From Rhina ancylostomus (Eukaryota): a stretch of DNA of 64,000 bases. The stretch covers positions 99,063,906 to 99,127,905 of the forward strand of contig JARFYF010000052.1 of assembly GCA_030265395.1 (NCBI GenBank), in the 5' to 3' direction. Shown here piece by piece: positions 52,121-64,000 of this stretch; positions within the stretch are counted from its first letter, which is position 1, and every line of letters starts with the position of its first letter. The notes under the pieces were generated by a model. It saw only the letters and a list, made by a program, of their open reading frames with translations, did not search any database and had not been told where the DNA came from. A program made the translations under genes and the position numbers.

Positions 52121-53629
52121 GCCCTGTTTAGTATTTTTTCCCCAGATAACCGAGAGTAATTTCACTGATGCTCTGGTACGTCTCAATTACTTAATGAGTA
52201 TTGCAGTTCCGCCAGAAATATTCTCCGCCTACAGATCCTCCCCCACACGAACTTCCCAAGTGATTGTTTTCCTCAACAGCTGTGTGCAGGCTCAGCTCTG
52301 TCTGATTTCCTCAAAAATCTTAATGCACAACAGTGCTTGCAGAAGTGATTGCCTCTCAGCGGTTTGTGTTTAATAAAGGTTTGCAGGCCCTCGCCTGATG
52401 GATCTCTCAGGCTTCTTCTGTGTGTAATGTCAGGCTGGTGCTGCAGACAAAGCTCTGCGTGATATCTGGGTGATTTGTAGCATACCTGCCCGAGAGTGGG
52501 CAGAGGTTCATAGTCTGTGTCATGTCTCGGCGAGTCGGAAGCAGATTACATCAATGATACACCTTAGGGGGACTTGCGAGTTATCTGCCAGCTAAAGACT
52601 TCACTTGTGAGGCTAATAATGTGACGTAGGTACCTACAGCCTACACAATCAGCTACATATCTTATAAAGCCTGAGGATATCACAGTGAGTCGATAAATGT
52701 GCATTAGAGGCATACTTTGCATTGGTCCCAGTGCCCGTGAAGTCACAATTTCTTCCGGTGACTGAGTTACCTTCCCATCACTGATTCATCAGCATCTCTG
52801 AAAGATCCATGTGGTTACGTCTGAGATTAATCCTTGAAATGTTAAGATTGCTTTGTTTGTTATACCTCAACCATGTCTGCAATTGGTACTTCACAACCGT
52901 GAGATCCAGGGTCAGTACTTTATTCAAAAATATCCACCACAATCGAGGTCGGTTCATCAACCACCGCTACCAAGTCTGGTGATTTTCTCACTGTCATTAG
53001 TTAGAGTTTGCTGTGCTCAAATTAGTTGCTGTGTTTCTCACATTGTAGAAGTAATTACATTTTGGAGTGTATTTTATTGGTTTCTAAAGTGCTTCAGGAT
53101 TTCCTGAGATCTAAATGGAGATATGCCATGGTTCATTGGCATTATTGCTTCCACGCAATCGCTTCAAATGGGATAATTACAGAGGGGAAGTAGCAAGGGC
53201 CTGATGGGTCCATTGCCTTTACTGTTACTGGCCCCGCACAATCTTGTAGGAGGTCTGGCTGCTACTTTGTTGGCCATGAGATCTTCACCTTCACTTTTTC
53301 AGCCGAGTAAAGGCCACAGTCAGCCTGAAAACCACCTCAATCTTATCCAAGTATTTTTGTTCCACTCCCTCATTTTAACACTTCCCTTCAATCCACCTTA
53401 ACGTTCACCGTTAATTGCATTTTATCCACTTACATAATTGGTGCTACCTGCACCTGTCCAAATTTGTTATATTAAAAAGTCAGCCACATGAAACTTGATG
53501 TAGCAAACATGTTTCACAGCATGTCAACTTAACTAGTCCAGTGACAAGTACACTTGCATTGGTCAATTGAATCTTATATATCATGATATCTCCCCCTAAA
53601 GTTACAAAAGTAGAAGTTACAAAAATAAC

Positions 53630-54124
53630 CAGTCCAGATGAAGGGTCTCAACCTAAAGTATCGACTATCTGTTTATTGGTATTCGTTTATTATTGTTAGA
53701 TGTACATCAAAATACGCATTGACAGAAAGTGCTGGAGGAACTCAGCAGGTCAGGCAGCATCCATGGAGGGAAATAAACACTTCACGTTTCGGGCCGAGAT
53801 CCTTCATCATGACTGTGCTTTGCTCCAGGTTCCAGCATCTGCAGAATTTCTTGTGTCTCCGAAACACACAGTGAAATGCATCTTTTGCGTAGAGTGTTCT
53901 GGGAGCAGCTCGCAAGTGTCACCACGCTTCCGGCGCCAACATAGCATGCCCACAACTTCCTAACTTGTATGTCTTTGGAATGTGGGAGGAAACCAGAGCA
54001 CCCGAAGGATACTCACGGAGACATGCGGAGAATGTACAACCTCTGTACAGACAGCGGCCAGAATTGAACCCAGATCGCTGGCACTGTAAAGCATTATGCT
54101 AACCGCTACGCTACCGTGCTGCCT
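53630..54124 (-). mobile_element. V-SINE (53861-54124 plus tail) interrupted by a Penelope-type terminal repeat (~53722-53860)
   Basis: Inverse of the 9087 SINE; the insert has gctggaggaactcagcaggtcaggcagcatc. Confidence 0.75.
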
Positions 54125-56070
54125 TGGGAATCTGTATACAATTCCCACTAATGTTTTCTGCCCGTTGCTAATTCTTAGCTCTACCCAGAAATATTCCACA
54201 TCATCCAAGCTAATATCCTTGCTTTTATTGTATTAATTTCCTCTTCAACCAGTGACACTGCTCCACTTCTTTTCCTTTTTTTATTGTCCTTCCTAAATAT
54301 TGAATATACTTGAGTGTTCGGCTCCCATCTTTAGTCCTCTTACAGCCTTAACCACACAATCCCAAATATGTCATGTCCATTTGCATGATAAATTCATCCA
54401 TCTTATTGCAAATGCTCCACACATTGATATATGAAACCTTTAATTTTGCCTTTCATTATTCTTAAATCCCTAAGCATGATTTTGCACTGTGGCCCTGTTT
54501 GTTTTGCCCATGATTTCCCTGTCTTTCATCTTTGCTTTTCCACTTCCTGTCTTTTGCTTCTATCCCAGTATCCCCTTCTTCTGTCTTCCCGCAGAGGTTC
54601 CCCTGCTTGTCCATTTTAGTTTAAGTCCCCCCAACAGCATTAACAAAGACTTCTTTGAGGACATCTGTCTCATTCCTGCCCAGGGTCACCCCATTCAGCT
54701 TGTACTGGTCCCACCTCCCCAATGTCCAGGAATTTGAATCCCTCTCTGCTATTCCTCTTGCCATGTACTTATTTGATTTATCCTTCGATTTCTACTCTGA
54801 CCAGCATGTGGTGCTGGCAGCAATCCGAAGATTACTGCCTTTGAAGTTCTTCTGTTTATTTACTTGTAACTCCCTACACTTTAGCTTGTAGGATGTTATC
54901 TGTTATATTTATCCATATTTTTGGTACTGATTTGCATCACAATTTAAAAGACACTTGGACAGGTACATGGATAGGAAAGGTCCAGAAGGATATGGGCCAA
55001 ACACGGGCAAATGGGACTAGCTTAGATGGGCATTTTGGTCAGTGTGGACCAGTTGGGCTGAAAAGCCTGTTTCTGTGCTACATTGCTTGATGACTGTCTG
55101 ACTCTTAACTAGCTCTTCACCCTCCCCCTCCAGAATGCTCTACAGCCACTCCAAGGCAGCCTTTTGATCCTACCATCAGGGAGGCAACATACCAACCTGG
55201 AGTCATGTTGATAGTCACAGAAACAATTGTCTGGTTGCCCTTATAATTAAATCCTTTATCACTTCAGCAACCCTCATGTGCTCTTTTGTCCTCATCCCAC
55301 TCTCTTCCTTCCCTTCATGAGAAGCAGATTCACTTGTGATGCCATGAACCTGGTTGCTGCTGTCTTCCCCTGGAAAGTCATCTCCCCCAATATCCAAAAC
55401 AGTATATCTTTAGGAGAGGGGGATGACAACAGGGAGTTCCTACACTACAAAGCTTCTTCCACTGTGCCTGGCAGTCACCTTTTCCCTTCCTGCCTGTACA
55501 CTCATTACCTGTGGTGTCACTACATCCTTAAATGTGCTATTCATGAACATTTTAGCAGCATGTATACTCCACAATGAATCTATCCATAGTTTTCTAGCTC
55601 CATAATGCATTTAACCAATAGGTGTAAATGATATATTTCCTGTACATGTAGTGGAAGTGTCCCTAATTTCCCAGATAGCAACAGGAGGAGTACAGTATGG
55701 GAGTGAGCTCTCCTGCCATGATTTGCCCTTTAATTACTTTAAATTAAACTAAATTAAAGCCCACTAATTACACTTAGGGCTTATTTTACTCTAATTAGTC
55801 CCCACACCATCATTGGACATTTTTAACTCTCCACGCCATTTTTCTCACTGTGATTAAACTCTCTCAGCCTCTGTTCCAGCTGTTTTTAAACTTAACAAGT
55901 CTCTGTTCCCTCTCCTCCTAAACTCCCTGACCCTCTTTTCCTACTGCTTCCAAATCTCCAATCTTATTTCTGCCTGTTTTAAACTCTCTGTTTCTGCCTC
56001 CACCCTTTTTAATTCTCCTGGTTTATGTTCCCACTATTTTCAAACTCCTCTGTAGCTCCCTAGAATCTGC
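54125..56070 (-). mobile_element. CR1 LINE 5' part (APE endonuclease start, ORF1 esterase-like region, repetitive 5' UTR), decayed
   Basis: VEYFWVELRISNGQKTLVGIVYR; VIKDLIIRAT (GDSIIRG-like); degenerate tttaaactct repeats at 55820-56070. Confidence 0.65.
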
Positions 56071-56229
56071 TTTCAGGCCCTCATTGCTCTTTCTACCTTT
56101 GATGATGGTATCAAACTGAACTATAACATCATTGGAGACACGAGAGACTACAGATGCCAGAATATGGAGCAGCGAACAATCTGGGGGTACTCAGTGGGTC
56201 AAGCAGCATCTGTGGGAGTAAAGGAATTG

Positions 56230-56800
56230 TTGGCACAAGGAGGCAACGATTCATTCTGGAGTCACACCTAGAGCCACGGAAATATTGATCTAACCTCCTA
56301 ACTACTGAAAGCCTTATCCAATTGCTCTCTCATTCCTCTTCCTCCATTCCTGTGCAGCTGAACCACGTATGATGTCACACTTCTAGTTCTGGCTGCGCTC
56401 CCCGAGGAACCATCACCCTCACCTGTATCCAAATGGGATAATCTTTTAGGGAGTGAGATAGACTAAGAAGACACCTGGACTACCTGCCCTGATGCTCCTG
56501 GTATGCCTAGTGGTCATCCATTCTATCTCTCTCTGCACAGTTCTCAAACTTCAATCTGACCATCTCCCAAATGTACTATCCACAAAATTCTCAGTCTTGC
56601 AGATCTTCCACAGTGACTCCAGCTGCTGTTCCTGCTCTGAAAGCCAGAGTTCAAATTGTTGCAGCTTGAGATGCTTCCTACATGTGCAGTTGTCTAAGTT
56701 ACTGGAAGTGTTTACAATTTATCATGTGGGTTACTGGAAGTGTTTACAATTTATCATGTGGCACAGGATGTACATTCTACTTGGCAAAGCTTCTCTGCTG
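56230..56800 (-). mobile_element. CR1 ORF1-like relic containing a perfect 32-bp tandem duplication (56698-56761)
   Basis: Similar to 55370-55720; gttactggaagtgtttacaatttatcatgtgg x2. Confidence 0.5.
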
Positions 56801-59559
56801 TGCCTCATCTTTATTAATAACGTATTAAGTAGAAATTTATTGGAAAAAGCTTTCTGGTTGCTCACCAGTCAGCTACCTGATTGCCAGTGTTACTTTTGAA
56901 TCGATGCCAACATTGAGTTGCTCATAGGAACCTTGATCACTATCATTACTACCTCATCAAAACCCATACTCCAAGGTCCATGAACTCCTATGAGTGCTGT
57001 GCTCAAGTAACCATTTTTCTGATATTACCTATAGACACAAACATTCACACAACTTAAAATGGCTAAAAACTGTAATCAACAACTGCAGTTGTCCATTGTA
57101 CTTGATGTATTATTGTATACCATGAACTCAGTTGCACCATCTCTGCTTTGGTTGTTTCTTGAGACCCTCCATCTTTGTGCCTCTGCATTCACCCTGTATT
57201 TTACCCTGTCTCCCATTCTTCTTCATGCGTTTTTCTGTTTTCTGGCTGTTCCTTTTGAAAGTAGAAAATCCTGCCTCCGACTTTCCCTTTCTGGATTGTC
57301 TCAAAAGCTTTCAATTCTGCAAGACTGTTTTCAGTCTGTCTTGCTGCACTCTCGCAACAACGTACTGGGCTGACATTAATAAATCTATACATACTGTTAC
57401 ATCCCTCTTTGAATCTTCAGAGATTTGGAATTGCCTCCACAGTCCAATGCAGTTTTCTCTTAAATCATCCAACTCAACCTGCACTCGATTCAAACAATCC
57501 AGTTATTCTATTAACGAGTCTTGGTGATGTTGGGCTCTTCCCCAGAACTCTCGCACTCATGTTCTCCATCAATATTCTCCATGCCACTTATTTAAAATGC
57601 TGCATGAGCTTGTATGAACAGAACATGGAAATGTTTTCTGTGAAATAAAGTTTACTTTTAAAAAGAAGATAAAAACAACCACATGAGGGAGCAGCAGACA
57701 ACACCTCGGTTTGTGCCTTGTCTCCATCAAAGTGGAATTCAAACCTACGACCTTTTGAATGCTCCAATATGCCATGGCTGACATCTTTAGGATTCAACTT
57801 TTATCATTGGTAGTCAAGCATAATTAATGGAAATTTCAAGAGAGGGAGGTAGCAAGTTTGGACATATACATGTCTATATTTGATGTTATGTTTAGAGTTT
57901 CTCTAGATCACTACCAGTGATTCTGTCAAGACCAAAAGTTACTAAGAAATCTTACAGGTTCCAGTAGCTCCTAATGTGGTGACTTAACTATCAGTGGATT
58001 GTTTATAATATGTTTTTGAGAAACCTGAAAAAAAATAGAAAGGAAAATGCAGAGCCTGAAAATGATATTGTTCATAGTTCCTGGCAGTCACCCTTTAAAT
58101 TTCTGATTCCAACACCTGTTTTATCTTCCAGATACAGGGTGTATTTGTGCAATTTGTGTTATCTAGCAAGTTGAATAATTTTGGAACAAAATTAAACCTG
58201 CATAATTATTTGCAGTAAACAGCTTTACAGTAAGCTGGGGTACTGCAACAATTGATCTGGCTCCTAATCTAATTTAGGTAAATAGACCTATAACTTGGAT
58301 TAGATATAGATGGGACTGGACATGATGTGTGGATTTGATTTTGGTCAGGTCGAATGTATATTCTAATAAAACCATTGTATTTGGGTGAACCAAGCACTTC
58401 TGGGTTGTGCTGTGTTAGTCTGCTGCAGTATTTTATCCAATTTGGCATTGCAGTATGTGAATAGTATATTTGAGGTTGTATTTGAAATGATAGTTGGGTC
58501 AGGCATGGATAAGTAATTGGGCTCAAATTGGCCTTGGTTAGATTAGGTTTTATTTTTATACCTAGATTAATTAGCGGATAATTTTGAAGCCAGAGCCCTA
58601 ACACGCTCAGTATTTCAGCACGGATAAGTTGCAGAAAATTTACTCTACACTGGCTGACTCTGTGTAATTTTAGTTAAACCCTAGCAATTAGCTGAAATAT
58701 ATTTAGAGATCATGAAACCATGGCTCTTCTGATTTATAGTTGTACTTTTTGGATTAGGATATATGTAATGTCAGCCAAAAGAAAGCAAGAGATACAGATC
58801 CTCCCCAGCTTACTAACACCTGACTTTTGTACAGCCCGCACACATGAACAGGAGTTTGGGAGACCCTGTGAACTCTTCAGGTTATGAACCATTACAGGAA
58901 TGGAACCCTGCTGTAACCTTCCATAAACCTTGATGGCCTGTGGAGTGATATGCATTAATAATATGGCATAACTTTCTAACATTGCCTTCAAGCCAGGGGA
59001 CCAATCTTGATTCAATGAAGAATACAGAGGTGCATGTCAGGAGCAGCACCAGGTTCCTTTACCAGGTTCCATCCTGGTAAAGATCAGGACAGATTATGTG
59101 AGCTGAATAACAGAAGAAGCATGTTATTGACAGAGTAGTCTTACATTAGCAGATTAGATTAGAGCTGTGCAGTCATGCCATACTGTATCAGGTCATGAAA
59201 TATTCGTAACATTGTGGCTATGTTTTTGGACATGCAATGTAAGATCTGGACCATTGATGCAGAAACATGAGTTTGAATCTCATCATGGCAGATGGGAAGC
59301 TTAAATTCAAGTGATAAAGTTTAAAAAAAAAGCACACTAACTGTAAATATACTAGATCATTGTAGACACCAATCTGTTTGGCACGTGACCTCCAGGGAAG
59401 AAAATATATTGAGGTTGTATGTCTGGTCTGTGTGTGATTTCAGACCCAGCAATGTAGTTGATTCTTAATTGCATCCTCAGTTCAGGAACAATTCGAGATA
59501 AGAAATAATTACCAGTACTGACAGTGCGATTAATATACTATAAGCAAAGAAATTTTAAA

Positions 59560-60470
59560 AATTTAAACAACTAATAGGAGGAGTAGGCCTCATAAACATC
59601 CTCATCCCAAACAATGACAGTGCCAGTATGTGGATCTAACAGCTGAGACTGAAGTATTTGCATCAATTTCAGTCAGAAAAGCATATTGCATGATTCACCT
59701 TGACTTCCATCTCTGATCTTTACTGTTACGGAAGCCAGTCTTCAGTCAACTTGTACACTCCACATGATACCGAGAAGGAGCTGAGTGCACTGTATATGGA
59801 AATGTTCCTGAGAACATTCTGGACTTAGTCTTGTATTTCTGCTACACATGTAGCCTGGCCTTCTCTAATGTTTATGCTTGGTCTGATAACTACCAAGTAA
59901 TATTGTACCAGGCAAAAACCCGCCAATGAAAGACAATCCAACTACTTGTCCTTTACTTGCATTATTGATGTCAAATCCTTGACTGAGAGCACACTGAGGA
60001 TTTGTCAGTGGCCAGAAACTTAAGTGAACCACAAACATGAATACTGTGGTTGCAAGAGAGGTCTGGATATTCTGCAGAGAGTAACTCTCCTTCTGACTCC
60101 AAAGCTTTTTGATCGTCCTCAAGGCCCAATCAAGTGTGTAATGAAACCACGTGCTTGGATGGGTGGCTCATCAACAATGCCCAGGAAGCACTGTGCCTTA
60201 AAAGGCAAAGCAGTTGCTTGATCAGTATCCTGTCCAATTGTGGCACACCATCTGTGGTGTGAGGATACACTGCAGAGTCACCAAGGTTTTGTTGATTACA
60301 GTTTCCAAACTTATGCACACAGGAATTACTTTATTGTCAAAATCCTGAAATCCCTGACCTGAAAATGTGACACAACTATTTTCACTACACAGACAGGCAA
60401 CTTACCACCATCCTGTTGGGCAATTGGGGATGGGGCATTAAATGTTTATCTTTTCAGCTATACTCAGGAA
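59560..60470 (+). mobile_element. Decayed CR1-like LINE
   Basis: cataaacatcctcatccc..., gagtaactctccttctgactcc, tail gggcaattggggatggggcattaaatg. Confidence 0.5.
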
Positions 60471-60702
60471 TGCTTTGAAAGGAAAATGTCAAAAGCTAAT
60501 TGACCAGTTCCTTGCTGAGTGCTAACAACTTCCTATGTGCCTGGTAGTAATTTAATGTTTGTGGTTATTAACCATCTTGGCTACATATCAAAGAATGGTG
60601 ATTAATGACTCTTACTGTTATGCAATCATGATGCTGTAGATGTGATGTACCACCAACCATGAAAATACAAAATTTCATTTTCTGTTACAGTGATATTTTT
60701 AT

Positions 60703-60930
60703 AGAAAATGCTGGAAATACTTAGCAGGTCAGGCTGCATCTGCGGGAAGAGAAACAGAGTTAACGTTTCAGGTCTCAGAACCCTTAGTCAGAACTTGAAA
60801 AGGAGCCAAAGGAAGTTCTACAGACTTCTTAAGACGTTGACTCTGTTTCTCTTCCCACAGGTACAGCCTGACCTGCTGAATATTTCCACTATTTTTTTGG
60901 TTTTGTTTTAAATATCCAGCATCCTCATTT
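60703..60930. mobile_element. Palindromic Penelope-type terminal repeat
   Basis: agcaggtcaggctg...gggaagagaaacagagttaacgt / acgttgactctgtttctcttccc...cagcctgacctgct form an inverted pair. Confidence 0.75.
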
Positions 60931-61094
60931 TTTCTGATTTTAAACTTGATATTTTTAGTGTCTTTCAAACTGTGTAATAAGGTTTTGATCTAGCACTGTG
61001 TTTTTTTGTGTAACTCAAACACTCTGTATAGCTCCAATGCTATTATTTACTTCAAAATATTTGTCATTGTAGACTGACACACCTTAAAGCAGAG

Positions 61095-61259
61095 ATGAGC
61101 ACTATCAATCCTCCAGAAAGCAATACTAAGGAAAATATCTTGGATTTTCTGCTGCCGGATTTTCCCAAAGGCCCATTGGATTTATATCGGAAAAAAACTT
61201 CCTTTAATTGGAAGGAATTGGCTCTGTTTTGGGAAGGAGAAGAGATTATCAGAGTGAAG
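61095..61259 (+). CDS. ACOX3: ACOX3 (peroxisomal acyl-CoA oxidase 3) first coding exon; the gene continues beyond the window
   Basis: MSTINPP...[37 protein letters not shown] resembles human [27 protein letters not shown].EGE...RFK. Acceptor ttgtag| at 61072 (exon starts 61073), donor AAG|gtaaga. Synteny with TRMT44. Confidence 0.93.
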
Positions 61260-61323
61260 GTAAGAGGACACCAAATAAAAATTCTTGATCACCCTTCAAT
61301 TATCATGGTGGAGGATCTGTAGA

Positions 61324-62120
61324 CAGAAAACCTGCAGTCTTGACTAAGAAAAAAGATGCAGGGAGGGGGCATGAATTCTGCCCACCTCTGATTATATTTC
61401 AAATCGTAACATTGAATATTTTGGGCAGATGTTTATATCTCTATCTACTCACCCACCCAGTGCAGCAATGTATATTGGAATGATTCAAATTGGGGTGAAA
61501 GCTATAACTTATATATCTCTTTTCAATTCCCTTAACAGTAAAATATAAAATATTTACTGTTTCTGTCTCCTTTAACTTTTCCACGTGATTCACACAATTG
61601 AACATGCAGAGTCTGAGCTTGCATTAAAGATCATATGGCAATGTGAGTGGAATTCTGGAAGATATCCAGAAATTTCATAGCGTCCGAAATGTCTCCCACC
61701 TTCTAGAGCAAAATGACAAGTAGGCAGAAAATCTTTTATCCTGAAGTCAACATGGTGGCTAAGTTAGTGGACTAGTAATTGAAAGGTATCTGGAGAGGAG
61801 AGACCGAATTGCAACTGTGAATTTAAATAAATATGGAATAGAACGTTCTATGCATATCCAATTGTGTGAATCGTGGAATATTTAAAGGAGACAGAAACAG
61901 TAACTATTGTTAAGGGAATTTAAAGAATTATATAAATAATAGCTTTCACCCCAATTTGAATCATTTCAATATACATTGCTGCACTGGGTGGGTGAGTAGA
62001 TAGAGATATAAGCATCTCTCTGAAATGCTCAATGCTACAATATGAGGTGTAATTGAAGGTGGGCAGAATTCATACCCCCTCCCTACATCTTCTCTCTCCA
62101 TCAAGACTGCAGGTTTTCTG
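61324..62120. repeat. Long inverted repeat: arms 61324-61608 and 61851-62120
   Basis: The arms align as reverse complements, including a 44-nt identical core tatatctctatctactcacccacccagtgcagcaatgtatattg. Confidence 0.92.
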
Positions 62121-62329
62121 ATTATTAAATGATAAGTGAAATGACCAGATTGTTGGTTGTATCTATAAATAAAACCTCTACTTCACCTCTACTTGTTCAG
62201 AGGGAAGAAATCTTACATGCTTGTCCATTTTGGCCTATATATGTGACGCCTCGCCATCCAAAATACAGCTGATTCCTGAATGCCATCTGAAAAACCTAGT
62301 GTATAAACTGAGACAAAAAATAATAAAAC

Positions 62330-63340
62330 ATTACAGCCCACGTGGCTTTAATAAAGGAGTGCTCAGTCCAATCAACCTTTCAAAGATTTCCTCATGTATA
62401 TCTAAGAGCTTGTGGCAAAATAGTGAGAGTAACAATACCATAACCTCGCCATTGTCCCCAAGTCCTCCATCACTATTCATTGGCACTTGCTGAATACCAC
62501 TGGCATGTGTACAGTGTTGATGGTATATTGGGAGGGAATGGCATCAGAAGTCTTGAATCTGGATTCCATGAAGTTTAAAGATAGCAGATTAAACATGGTT
62601 AAAGAAACTTGCTGATTGCTACCTATCACCTCTTCATATTGAACATCTTCCAAAAGAAGTACTAAAAGTGGTAAGGGTGTAGAACATACCCTAGATGGGT
62701 CAATGTTATCCATTACCAAGCTAACAAATCCTTTTTCAGCTGGCAAAATGTTGAAGTTATTGGCTATTAGACAGGGTCTGCAGAAGGTGACGATAGAACA
62801 AAAACTAAAAACTCTATTTAAACTTGCCCTTGCCCATATACCTGTCATAGCTGCACCTACCAAAAACAACACTGCCTTCATGTGACAACTTTCATGATGT
62901 TGATTATGCCTTCCATGTTGTATGATACCTCCACTATGTTGTGTGGATTGTTTCAATGATTTACCTGTCAAATACTGGGCATTTATAAGGCATTGCAGAG
63001 CTGGAATATATTCCACCACAACCTGTAACCTNNNNNNNNNNNNNNNNNNNNNNNNNNNNNNNNNNNNNNNNNNNNNNNNNNNNNNNNNNNNNNNNNNNNN
63101 NNNNNNNNNNNNNNNNNNNNNNNNNNNNNNNTGGAATATATTCCACCACAACCTGTAACCTCAAGGGTCAGCAGTTCCCTCACTTTCCCATTTCCATCAT
63201 GCTATGGAAGCAACCATGATCCAGCGAAGAATATAGAAAAGCATGTTAGGAGCAGCAGTAGATATGCCCCAAAACTGAGGGGTTCACCAGACACAGCTAT
63301 GACAAGGGACCATATGTGCTAAACAAATATTTAATGAAGG
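62330..63340 (-). mobile_element. Decayed CR1-like LINE (endonuclease and upstream region)
   Basis: ggtggtggaatatattccagc (GGG...Y), atggcatcagaagtc; the 224-aa track ORF is gap-inflated. Confidence 0.45.
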
Positions 63341-64000
63341 GACCCAGGCCCAAAACATTAACTGTTTCTCTTTCCAAGGTGCCACCTGACCTGCTGAGCA
63401 CTTCCTGTGTTTTCCGTTTTTATTGCAAATAACAAAATAACATATTCAGAAGAAAGTTCTGTAACTTTGCCATATGCGATTGTGATAGGTAGTGGATAAT
63501 AAAGGAGGAGGCTTAATAAATATCCTAAACAGGTAAATGCTGTTAACAATGCTGGATTATTTGAAACTATCTTCAGCAAGTGAAAGTACATTTTATTGAG
63601 TGTAACATAAAAGAGCTCTAATAAAATTTAACTCCGTAAGAATTAGTAACAAAACTTTCTATTGCCTTATGTCAGACTTGCAAAAAATACACAAAAATTG
63701 CTGGCAGTGTTCAGGCAGCATCTGTGGGAAGAGAAACAAAGTTAGCATTTCAAGTCGAAGAATCTTCATCAGAACTGGAAAAGTGAGAAAGCAAGTTAGT
63801 TGCAAGCTGCAGAGAAAGCATTTGACAAGGTGCCATACAAGACCACATTCAGGCAGATGCACAGTTTAAATTGGCATTATGGTCTGCACAGATATCATGG
63901 ACCAAAGGTCTGTTCCTGTGCTGTACTGTTCTATGTCATATGTTATAAGAGCCTGGTGCATATATTAAGAGCCCAGGGTATTGGAGGAAGTGTGTTAGCA

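Noticed and set aside
56698-56761. Perfect 32-bp tandem duplication
   Set aside because: Two units only, inside a decayed CR1 relic; a simple slippage event.
63001-63161. 30-bp direct repeat (tggaatatattccaccacaacctgtaacct) around a gap, and the 224-aa ORF 62477-63151
   Set aside because: Gap-flank duplication; the ORF is inflated by Ns and lies in a decayed LINE. Not CRISPR-like.

Overview
Eukaryotic (vertebrate) genomic DNA, most likely a cartilaginous fish (ray or shark). This is inferred from the repeat content: V-SINEs, Deu-type SINEs, and CR1, Rex1/Babar, L2 and Penelope relics. It comes from a gapped assembly with roughly 10-N and 100-N gaps. The window holds a complete 11-exon TRMT44 gene (tRNA Um44 2'-O-methyltransferase) on the minus strand, 47689->19730. 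I joined it by hand into an open 1953-nt CDS (650 aa) with all GT-AG introns and consistent phases. Head-to-head with it is the first coding exon of ACOX3 (plus strand, 61095-61259), and a CpG island with promoter motifs lies at the TRMT44 5' end. Main surprises: (1) an orphan two-exon piece of the bHLH-PAS gene ARNT2 with intact splice sites, lying antisense inside TRMT44 intron 9; (2) two G->A changes in otherwise conserved TRMT44 motifs, including SAM-binding motif I (DLGCGNG->DLGCGNR); (3) an inverted repeat with ~280-bp arms just after the ACOX3 splice donor; (4) many Penelope-type terminal repeats carrying degenerate minimal hammerhead-ribozyme motifs; (5) a Gypsy-like LTR relic with PPT and LTR. 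Most ORFs in the supplied track are spurious or derive from decayed transposons. Repeat boundaries are approximate and family names come from recognition, not from a search.
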